Of a DNA stretch of 64,000 nucleotides, positions 37,201 through 49,200 are shown piece by piece. Position 1 is the first letter of the stretch. Each line of letters opens with the position of its first letter. The position numbers and the translations under genes were made by a program. Under the pieces are notes generated by a model that saw only the letters and a program-made list of their open reading frames with translations, did not search any database and was not told the origin of the DNA. The stretch is from positions 624,625-688,624 of the forward strand of contig NMRA01000001.1 in NCBI GenBank assembly GCA_002633005.1. The letters are read 5' to 3'. The DNA is from Phoronis australis. Its lineage: Eukaryota > Animalia > Phoronida.

Positions 37201-40200
37201 CCAGAGAGACGGGCGGACATGACACATGCAGCGAGTGCATTAGGCAGTTGAAGGATGGTCACGTGACTCTTTGGCATGAGCAGCAGACTATCATCTGTGA
37301 GGTCTGATGAAAGAGATGGGTATTTAGTGGAGGGTTCACTTCACAAGTTATCACCAATAAAATCTGCACAATTTGGAGGGAAGGTTGTAAAAAAGGTTTT
37401 CAAAAGAAATTCATAAGTAAAGTTTACGCCTGCTTCCTAGTTTTTGTGAATTAATACAACATTGTTCAAATTTGTAAAGTTGAAATTCTCATTTGAACTG
37501 TGTGTTATACATCCTGACCACAGAAATTTGTATTGAATCTGCAAGGTTAACAACAGAAAATCTAGCTTTAATGATGACAATTACCGGCAGCAGATGGTGA
37601 CACTGAACAAGATGGCCGTGTCTTGGTCAGCAGAGATACCAAAGCCTGGGTAACGGTGAAGTTCGGTGAGGCCAGCGGCGACTTGTCGGAGATAGTGTTC
37701 TTGCTGGGTGACGACCGCCATGAGTGATCGATGGCCGACACGTTGATGCCCATGGCAGCAGACATCAGCTCCTACAGATAAAGAGTGTAGGCGATAACCC
37801 TGTCCTCGCAACTGCTCAACGTCGTCGTGAGCCTTATATCATTTAAATATCCCAAGCTCCGCCCCCTTGCGAAAAGTTGATAAACAAACAATAAGTTTTA
37901 CCCGACAACGTGAGGTTTGTCGGGTAAAATGGTGGCTTGGAAACAACGTGCGTCAAGAATGCTGCGTTCTAATTAAGCCATCACCCAAAATCCTGACGAT
38001 CAATTAATAATATGGTCAATTAGCACAAATTCCCTATTAATAATTTTTCCAATGCATTTCAGCCAACTGTTTTTCAAGGGATATTGCAAAGTGTAATGTT
38101 ACTTCGTAAGTCATTTTTGGTAAACTTGGTACATTTTCCGTAGCACTGTGAAAGATAATTTGAACCTGCTCAGTAAATTTCTAAACACAAAACTACTGGA
38201 AAAACAGTTCCTTCTAACCCAAAATTGTGCTGCTGTGTGAGTGTCTAGATTATTGCTTCTCTAGTAACAGATCCCCATATGAAACCGATCCAATTACCCT
38301 TGAGCCTAGACTACAGGGTGTCCCAAAACTGTACTTATGCCTCAACACAAATGTGGATTTCAAATTCAGTCCCCATGGACCAGACTCTGTGCCAGAGCCA
38401 GTCTCCATGGACCAGACTCCGTGCCAGAGCCAGTCTCCATGGACTAGACTCTGTGTCAGAGCCAGTCTCCATGGACCAGACTCTGTGCCAGAGCCAGTCT
38501 CCATGGACCAGACTCTGTGCCAGAGCCAGTCTACATGGACCAGTATCTGTGCCAGAGCCAGTCTCCATGGACCAGACTCTGTGCCAGAGCCAGTCTCCAT
38601 GGACCACACTCTGTGCCAGAGCCTACCTGTGACGGCAAGTGCATGAGCTGCCAAATCCTTTTGTATGTACAGCAATGGAACCAAATGACATGGATTTTGG
38701 AGAACGAAAAATTTATTACAGAAGGCTACCAGAAAATGAAAGATGGCAAGGAAATGCGATGTACCATTGATCTTCCTCCATTTAATTTTGGTTTAAAGAC
38801 AAAATTCCTCTTTTGATAACCTCTTGCAGAAGTTGAACCAGCAATCTAGTTTCCAAGTCAACAATGAAGTTATTGTCATTTGATGTATCAGTATAAATTT
38901 AGGACACACTATTTGTACACCCTGTCTACCTGTGTACAGAGGTGGGTGAGTAGCTTAGATGCCGATGGATTTTCCTCGACGAGGGCGCCAATCGCTGTCG
39001 ACAGGTGGGTTAAATGTGTCTGGGCATCGGCCGACGCACCAGTGGCAGAAACGGAGCGGACGATGGGGATACTGAGGACTGACGGAGAGTGGACAGAGCT
39101 ATGTCTTGTACAGAGACTCATGAGTCTCACCAGTGTCTTGATATCGTCAAGACCAATCAATTCCAGAGCTGCTGGAAGACTGCATGCCGTGGAACTGAAA
39201 GCAGATAGCACCGTGAAAGCAGGCAAAATTCCACCCCCCTCCAAATGTAAACACATAAGGTCCTACATTCTGAAAATTTGCAACGGAATTACTCATAGGC
39301 TTAGGGTGCTTTCCACGACTGATGGAGTTTCAAAAATTAACATTATTAGCAAGTAAGTTAGACTAAAACAAAGTTTCATGAGGAACAGAACAGTCATGTT
39401 TATTATATAATATATTTTCTGTTTGTAGCCTTCCTGACATTTTCGATACTTTAGGGTAGTGTTATAAGTTGAAATGTGCCATTATCCAAACAAAAAAGCT
39501 GTGGCTTTCTATAAGACTCCACCCAAAATGGGAGTTAAAATCTTTAAGCCCTGCCCAGTCACACAGATGTAATGACATCTGCGGGGATGACAGACACTTA
39601 ACAACATGATTGACATTTACCGAGATGATTGACACATGCCTGGATGATTGACACTTACCTGACTGATAGTAGAGACAGCGTTCGCAGCACCATACTCCTA
39701 GCTAAATACACCTGAGTTGCTGTGAATGTACGGCGGAGAGCTTCAGCACGGTCGTCAACAGAGGTCAGCAGCGCTGCCTGTTCACCAAGGGTTTTTGGAA
39801 GAGGCGCTTTCCTGTTCAACTTCCGTGGCGCAGAGTCTGTGCAAAATGATCAGAAAAATGTATCACTGGAGGGCGTCGCATGTTCAAGCCATGCAAGACA
39901 TGGTTACAACTCATAAAATGTGTGAATGTGTAAATGCACATCTTGCTTACTACAAAAAATTCAATGAAATCATAAAGGATTTTTGGTGAACTGAGCTGGA
40001 CAGCGGAACCACCAATATAAAAATTGTATTCAAACATAAAAAATTAATGATGTCCACTACTAAGTCTCAGTGGACTAGTGCGTTTATATGGTTAGCAGAT
40101 CTTGGGTTCTAGTCTCCATTGGGCAGAAATCATTTCAGACTTATATTCACTAGGTCACATGATGTGGCCACAGGTAGCGTGCTGATCAGACTTAAACATG

Positions 40201-43200
40201 TTTGCCATGATCATCTTTTTATTATAAAACCATTTGCAATATAACAGTATTGTATATATACCATTGACTATTTTTTTAACATAAGAATATAATTTATGGG
40301 TGATAGTAATGACTTGTCATAGTCGGAATGATATAAGGCTTTATATGAAATTATTCAAAGAACTGTTAAATAAATGTTTTGGTTCGAGGGCTAATTAACA
40401 AATACTCATCATGGAGTGAACATTGTGAAAACAGCTAACCATACAAAGTTTCAGACTTTTACGAACATGTTGCCATAACAAAAAAGTGGTTCACAAGCAA
40501 TATTTTGAGAACAGCACAATTCCAACTTTTTGACAATTCAGTTGATATCTTCAAAGATATTGTTTTCAACACTGGCCTTACTATCCCATCCAATCCCATG
40601 GGAAATGCGCACGAGTTTGTTTGTTTACTCCACCGAATTGAACTTAATGGTGGCTGAAACCAGAATGTCCCAAGATAATACTGAAGTTTCATAAACAACA
40701 CTCAACTGAAGATAGCTTTAACACTAAACATTATAGACATTTGTAACGTTTCCATTAAAACTCTCTTGGCATAATTTCGGTGACAAAATTCTGTTACCTG
40801 TATCCTCACTAGAGGTCACTGTTTCTACAAGCTGAACACCCAGCGGGTCAGGACTAGAAAATGCAACAGGCTCAGGAATAGGCTTGCGCTCTGTCAAACC
40901 CAGCGATCCCATAATGCAGTCAAACTTCTCAAGACTGGACGGTCCCGACTCTGCATCCCCACGCAACAGCTCAAACCCATCTGCAAATCAAAATTGATAA
41001 AGTATAGTTTGTCATAGCAGATTGAACTACAAATAATAAGGATGTCCCAAAATGTTACACAAACACTCTAAAGTACGATCACAAGAAAATGGTTTCAAAG
41101 GGAAATTGTGGTGTTTTTGTAAATCCAGAAATCCCAAGTTTCCCTTTATGAGATAAAGAAGTTATGGTGAAAATTCCTCAGTTTGGGACAAAAATAATTG
41201 TTAAAATTGCCATGTTTTCATTTTTCAGACGCTTGCCACATTGTTGCAAATGCTCAAAATTTTACCGAACGTTGTTTGGTAATAGCCATGCCGTGGAAGC
41301 TGTGCTAAAGGCAACGAAAATTTTATTGAAAAGGTATTTTTGTTGAGAAATTTGACAAAGCAAAATTTCACGTCCTGTCTGCTAAATTTTGTGTCCCAAA
41401 CTGAAGAATTTTGTTTTTAAGTCAACTGCATTACGTATAGTATATTAAAAAACTTACTTAAAGTGAAATGGAAAACCTAAAAGACAACGATGCAAAAATC
41501 CATTTGAAAATTGGCTGTAAATTCTGGTTCCGAAACTTCACCCATGTTGAAGTCAAAAGCAATTTCGTTACGTTATTCAAAAACTCTTTCCAAGAAATAC
41601 AAGATGATACAAGACCTCCCAAAATCACTCGAAAGAGAAGTGATTGTTTTGCGAGACAGTGTGCTTAGAAGTTTACTCACATAACCTGGGTAGAGAAGTG
41701 ACTGGTCAGCGAGGTGGAATGTACTATTAGATGAATTTCATGAAATACAAGATAGATAACACCGATTCCACAAGCGAAAGATTTCTCGCCACAAGTGAAT
41801 GGCTAATGTGTTGGGTCTACAGATGGCAGCACTGGCAGCCACCAGTCAACACTGCTGCATAGTGACCTTTGACCTACCTTCCTGTGTGTCCTCGAGAGGT
41901 CCGAGCAAGTCCGGAGCCAGCAGAGCAACACTGCTACATGGCGACTTCTCTGCATTCACGGTGACCTCACGCTCGGCGAGGTAGGTTCCGCGGCAGGTAG
42001 TACACAGCAGGTAATAGGGGGCGCCGGTACCACACTTGCCGCCGAACCAACCGTCAACATAGGAACCATTACTGCGGTAACCCTGACGCTCGCAGCTTCC
42101 TGTAAAGATCAACACTTGGACTTCAGCAACTTTCAACATAAGACAACAGGAGATAATAAATTCAGGAAAATATTCAAAATTTAACAAAAAAATTAATAAT
42201 TATAATCTCATCAAATAACAATACTATAGTTTTAGGTAAGGGGCATAATCAATGGAAAGGGTAGATCAAGCAATGGTTCACGATTATGACAAAATGACTA
42301 TTATAGTAGACTCCAGACAAGAGTGGGCAAAGCCTAAGCACTCACACCAGCGCTGGAAATACAACAACTACCCATAACCCATCACTGTGCATACAACCAT
42401 GCTATAATTTATTCAAGATGGCACCCCTTCTGTACCTCCACATCCAGGATGCGTTCTCTTCATATGCTTGTTAAAGTTGAACGTCTGTGCTCCGCACAGT
42501 TCGCACGTCACGGCGTGTTCCTGCTCATCAAGACCGAACAAGTACTGAAAACAATGGTCACAACATCAGCAAAAATATTACGACCACACCATCATACTTT
42601 GAGCAATGTTCCATGAAAACTGACTAAAGTTAAGTTTGATTATTACCTTACCGGATGTGGAAGTTTGCATGTTCGGAAGTTGAGACAAATCTTAGAAAAA
42701 ATAATTGTAGGCGGTCTGGTACACGTTGTATCAGAAGTGCACAGGCCGCGCATGTGGGCCCACAGCACTGATCACCTGGAACTATTTTTGTGCTTTATTA
42801 ATATATAAGTTAAAACCAGTTGAGGATCTAGAACCTGACTCAAGGGTCTACCAGTGTGGCCCAGTGGGACCCGAACCCACGACCTCCACTAGGCCACAAT
42901 GTCTCCTCTTGAGACTATTAACTTACTGGATGAGGAAGTTTGAATGTTCGGAAGTTGAGACAAATCTTAGACTTAATACGTCAGTTCCTTGTGACCCTGA
43001 CCTATCGAGCGGCATGCTTTGAGTGAACTTACACACTAGTTGATATGAAGCAGCTGTTAGGTGTGGGACAGAGAATATCCAATCACACCATGGAAGTCAG
43101 TATTAACACAGTAAAATTTCACCAATTTTGTACACAAACAATAATCCTAAAATTGGCCTTTAAAATATCTTCTGCAAAAAAAATTGTCACTTGTCCACCA

Positions 43201-46200
43201 TTACTTCCTAAATTAATGAGATTTCACAGTAGCACTTTAAGACACGTGACACGTACATAAGGGTCGATCATGCCCATCATCTCTCGTTCCATCAACACGT
43301 CCTCCATCATCTCATCATCCAACATATCATCATCAAGGTCCATCTCCTCCAACGTACACACGCGTCCCAGTCGTGTGATCATGCGCTCCTCATAGTCCAT
43401 CTCACGCTCACGATCCTGCTCAACTACAATAAAAGTTAGGGGACTATCCTGCAGAGCTTTATGAACACTGGTACAACACTAAAAGGAATCATTTTTTCCA
43501 TATGTAGAAAATGGTTAATCAAAAACCTTGGCGAAATTTTATTTTTTCTCGTCAAACACATTCAAAATTTGAAAACATTTTCGATGAATATGAAGTAATG
43601 TAAGCAAGCTATTGACAATTTTTTGTATCTTTCCAGCATCGCGCAAAAGTTAGATATATTTTATGGAAATTCGTATCCTGTTGCATCACTACAATATAAT
43701 TTTTCACAAATTTCATACTTACCATAATTAAATTGCCAAAAATCTTCATTCTCTAAGGCCCATAAGCTTGATGCAAACTTTACCAAGAATGTTGTTTTAT
43801 GACGTCCTCACAGTACAAACCAAACAATTTTAGACTCAATTTTCTGTTCTTTATTTTTTCTAAGAAATAGGTTATGTAAACAAAATGTCACTAGTACACC
43901 ACATTGGAAGCTAAACAGACGAAGAACTACAGTACAGTTATGTGTTGTTCATTGCACATTCAATCTTTCACAGAAGCCCATTTCACACTCAGGTATAACC
44001 TCACCTGGCCTCAGGTAACTCCTGATGTCAGACATGCCACGAGCGCGCTCTCCCATGTCCCTCCGTGATGGGGAGCGGGGTGGGCGTGGTGGGCGTGGCA
44101 ACACCTGGGTGCCCTCTTCTTCATCCATTCCCAGTAGCATCTCCTCAAGTATGGACCTGTGTGTTAAGTCAATGATCGATCACAGAGTTATTATTTGTAG
44201 CAGACAGTAACTGCCTCTTGATATAGTCACACTCATGTCCAATGGTCAAAACACTGAGCAACTATTATGTTGAGACACGCAAGTCATTTGATAATGTCTT
44301 AATTGGTTTGGAGTCAGCATTGTTCATAACAAATAACTCAAATTCTCAATAAAGCAGAGGAAATCATTTCCTGTTTCTATGATCGCACTGTGTGAGCAGT
44401 GAAGCTCTTGACCATTATGTTAAATCGAAAAACATTAATTTGTATCTCTTTGAAATTTCAGATGCACCTAATACCCTGTTAAGCCACAGTTTAAACTAGA
44501 CCAGACCAAAAGTCAAACCTGCGGGGTGTCTCGTGGTACGATGACGATGATGACAGTGGCGCCACCTGCTCGTCCATTGCCGTCGTCGACCTCTCGCGAG
44601 CGACGGGTTTTATAGTAGAGGAGGAACTGGTCTGCAGACAGGTGGAGCTGTCTGACGATTGCACAGATGTCTGGTTGCGGTCAACAGACGCTGAAGGTTC
44701 GTGTGGGTGCTCAATCATCCACGTGGCCAGAGTGCTGATGGAGGTGGCATTCACCTCACCAGAGACACCTGGTGGAGTAAAAAAGTTTTGCTACATCAAC
44801 AAAATTGCACATTGAAACACATTATATATCAACTTGCTATGTCATTTACCAACTAGAAACAAAATTTAAAGTGCGTCTTATTCGAAGCCAGGTTTACTTG
44901 TCCGCACACATTTATGTTAACGCATACACCAAGTTTGCTCACTCATTTGGACACATAACTAACAACCTCTTACAGTTTTGAACCAGCATCTTCAGCTCCA
45001 ACACAATCACACAGTCATCTAAAACAATACACTTGTGGACACCTCTAAGGGTGTATGTTCAACATAAACTACATTCATCCCACTTGCTCACCAGTGGCTG
45101 TGATGGCCTTCTGTATATGCTGAATAGGGAAGCCCATCTCTATGAGGGGCCTGGCTATGGCAGGTGGTGGCGGTGATGGAGAACGGCCCCTCACGGGCAG
45201 CGACACTGAAGAAATTAATGGGAAATTACACTGACACACAAACTGCAAACACTATACATGGGCCACAGGTGACAAGCAGCCTCATTCGTTAGTTCTGTCC
45301 TCAAGAAAATTGCAACTAAGAGGCGGAGAGAGGGAAAATTCAGGACACGGGGTACACAGGATTGAAAAATATGCAACCTCCAAGAAAATCATGACTACCA
45401 ACAGAAAATGACAAAGGCATGATTTAATTTCCTGTATCTTACTTATCTAGGGGCTGTAGCAGGGCTAAAAGCCATTATTCAGTAAAATTTCCAACCGTCA
45501 CAACAAAATTGTCATTCTCGCAAAATGCACTTAAACTTGAATTCGACAAGTCAATTTTATTCTACTGTAATGCCAAAATATTATAGCAGTCTTTGTAAGT
45601 AGTAATTAGCTCATTAAGACAACATACATATCCTTGGGCGTGGCCCTGGTGTGGACGCGGCAGCGGCCGGTGCAGGTGCAGGTGCAGTGGGTTGTGACTC
45701 CGGGAGAGGTGGGGGCGACAGCGGACGGCTGTGGCGCTCCATTCGCCTCATCTGAGGCATCAGACGGCGCAACATGTCAATCCTGGAAACAAATTACTGT
45801 CCAATCACTCAACGTTGCTTACTTTCGGAATTTAATGCACGCTTCAGTCGCCAGTACTTTCCAGGCACAATATTCACCACGTGTCGATGTCCAACAGCAT
45901 TTCAGCTAATGGGACTGAAGTAGCCTTAGATTGCCCAAAGTTTTTATGGTAATTTTCACTTTGTTGCAAAAGTTATTGCCCCAAGACGAGCAGCTGCGTG
46001 GATAGAGCTCAGTCTATACTGTAAGTAACTAGTATTGTATGAAAATCAAGAATAGAATGGGCCATCCGTACACAAAATACAAACGTAACACACAATGCCG
46101 GCAAAGTACAATACTCTGACTGTTATTTAAATTTTTGAAATGATGGTCAAAATCATGAGAAACAGGAGTTGCCTGTAGAAGAGCATTTCACTAATATGTG

Positions 46201-49200
46201 CATGCATGAACACAAAGAGTCAAAATGTATGATTTGGCCACAGAATAGCATTCCGTTAGGTGGACACGAGAAAATCAAGAGCAAGCCAAAAATCAGGAAA
46301 ACACAGTGACAACATGAACTATACGGCACTTTGTAACTCATGGCAGCATACTTTTTTGACATTATGTCAAAATCAAAAATCAAACAGAAAAGGTTCACAT
46401 AGAAGAACATAATCCTCAGCAACTATGCGTGGATGACCCATGAACATGTGGATGTGTGAGAGAAACAATCTAATTTGTACACATGATCACATAAGACCAA
46501 AAGACTGCCCAGCATTTCAGTTCAGTTCTGAAACCTAATTGGCAAGGATTTAACAAAAAAAAAATGCAACTAACACTGCTATGAGGTGTACAAGTCCATA
46601 CCGAAGTGAAACAGCTCAGAACTGAGGTGCACCACTTCTATATTGACGTGTACCACCTCTTTCCTGAAGTGCCCCAACCCTGTACAAGGGGCACCACCTC
46701 TGTTCTGAAGAGCATCAGGCGTGTACTGAGGGGCACCTCTATACTGAGGTGTAATAAATAGCACAGTACTGAGGTGCATCAGCCCTGCATTGAGGGCCGC
46801 CTGCTGATCATGCACAAGCAACAGAGAAGCCGAAAGAAAGAGCGTGCGTGATAAAATGTTCCTCTTTGCTATCCACAGAAGTACATGTCAAGGCAAACTG
46901 AAGGCATAATAACCCGAGTTATGTGACATTGGGAATTAAAGCCACTATCTTCAGGGTCACATTTTGCAGAGGAGAGAAACTAGAATCTTCTTATATCTTC
47001 AAGGGCTTCTAATCAGTTCTAATTACACACAACACAATGGACAAAATGGAGTTCATGAATTGCTTTAGTGGGAAGATTCACCATGGACCACTAATTGATT
47101 CCAGTTTGTGATTTGAGCTTGACCTAATTAGCGCTGCATAAGTCAGTTGCCAATGAACTCCACTGTATTGGTCCTATAAGTGGTGAAAGCTGGTAATCTA
47201 GTTACGGCTTAATTCACCATGTGATCTTCAAACAACAAATCACAAGCAAAATGTCGCATGCTTTACAACACTGATAGTAAAAAGAGAAAATGCAAATCGG
47301 GCTCATTTCTACTTTCAAGTGAAAACGGGTATATTTATTTGGTACAATGCCAGTCACAAGAACAGAAAATTTTCACACTTTTCACGAGAAGAAACAGAAT
47401 CATGCAGTTTTTAAGACAGAATCCAGTGTTTCAGCCACACAGAGTGCCACTCATGAAGAAGTCAGTCACGCTCATCCAAGATGGAAGAAGTATATGAAAG
47501 ATGTAAAAGGATAAATACAAGACGTTTTCCACGTAAAATATAACCAACTGAATGTCACGAAATACAGTCTTAAAAACAAGTCAGGGGCTATTGTTTTAGA
47601 AACTATCTTCAGGAAGAGAAAAATCTTACAAGGCCACAGATTCTAAACAATGTTTTAGAGACACTATAGTTTAGAGAAAATCAGGAGTAAATTTAAAAGA
47701 AATAAAAAACTTAGTTTATAAAAAACAGTCCTAAAGCTGCGGGAAGGTTTGTGATCTCAGAGCTTTCGACGACAAAATGTTACTGCATAAAATCTTCAAT
47801 TTAAGATATCTAGTAAAGTCCAATGATTAAAAAAAATTTTTGAAACACTTGAAAGTTGTTCTTACATATTTTTTGCAGAATATGATTCTTCAAGTTGTGT
47901 TGAAATACTGATAAAATATGAGCTTTGTTTATTGAATAAGTTTTGCTTGTAAAAATAATATTTTACTTTACATAATTACGTAAAAATGTAAGTCGGTAAT
48001 TTCATTTTTTAGAAATTCACATGAAAAACAATTACCTTTCATCTTTTTACTCATTACCAACGAGAAGTTGAAAGCACTGTAATTCAAACAATTCAGGCAG
48101 ATCAGTCAGATTTGGGGACGTTAGAGGCAAAAGTTGAGAAGGGGTGCGTGTCTACAATTCACTCACCGTGCAGCGCCACCTAGCAGCCGGCTGGGGAAAC
48201 GTAAAAGCAAGACAGTTCAAGAAAAGCAATGGTGCCAAACGTGGCTAAAACAATCTAAGCACAACATACTCGAGTATTTTAAGGCAATGTAGGACCCGAG
48301 AAAAAACGTTGAACTTTGGAACATCATACATCAGTAATGGCTGATCAGATTCTTCCGAAACGTAAAGATACCAGGCTTTATGCATTGACGTCCAAAACAG
48401 CTAGGAATTGTTTTTAAAATGTTATTTTTAAATAATTTTACGAGGCTATCAAAAATAACACTTCTATGATTATGAAAAACTCATAAGTTGCACAAAAAGA
48501 AAAAAAATGATAATTCCGAAAAATCTACAGCTTTTCTAGATTCATAGCTAAATACCGACATGCCAATAAGGTCCTACATATTCCTTACGCTGAAATTACA
48601 TGCAAAGACTTGGTTCGTAGAAATTCCACCACAGTAAAATAAAAGCAACCTATTCACTGTACAAAATAGTAATTCAACAAACACTTGGTCTTATCCACAT
48701 CTAGTTTTCAAAACCCGTGTCGTTGAAACTAGTCTGGCTTTCGGTTAAAGTTGGTGAAAATTGTGAAAAAATCACACACTCTGAAAACTATGAGACAGTT
48801 TCAACAATGCAGTTATGATTTTTTATAATAATATGCCCAACTATAAACATGTGAGTGCATAAAGACACTACATGCACTTAATCAGTTCGAAAAAATGGGC
48901 TCATTATTTCAATAGCAATAGTCAAATAGGGGGCCGGCATTTTGAGAATGACCAGTTTATTCCACAAAACAATAGGCATCAAACTGGTTCTTCAAAACAC
49001 GGACCCTTGTGACTATTGCCGACACAACCAGCATGGTTGCAAATGTGTTGGATTTTTCAATCTCAAATTCTTAGATGCATCATCAAAAAACATTCCGCGA
49101 ACATACGTAAAACTCGACAGAATTTGACCTGCTGGTCCCAAAATGACCACCAGCTCATTATACCCACCCCCACAAATTAAAAAAAATCATGAAAACCTCC

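Noticed and set aside
38227-38816. Long periodic ORFs (up to 144 aa)
   Set aside because: They are produced by a stop-free 32-bp minisatellite in a HERC1 intron. The flanking exons already join in phase.
40062-40200. Second tRNA-like SINE head (CTCAGTGG...GGGTTCTAGTC)
   Set aside because: Too degenerate, and no second copy or TSD was found in the window.
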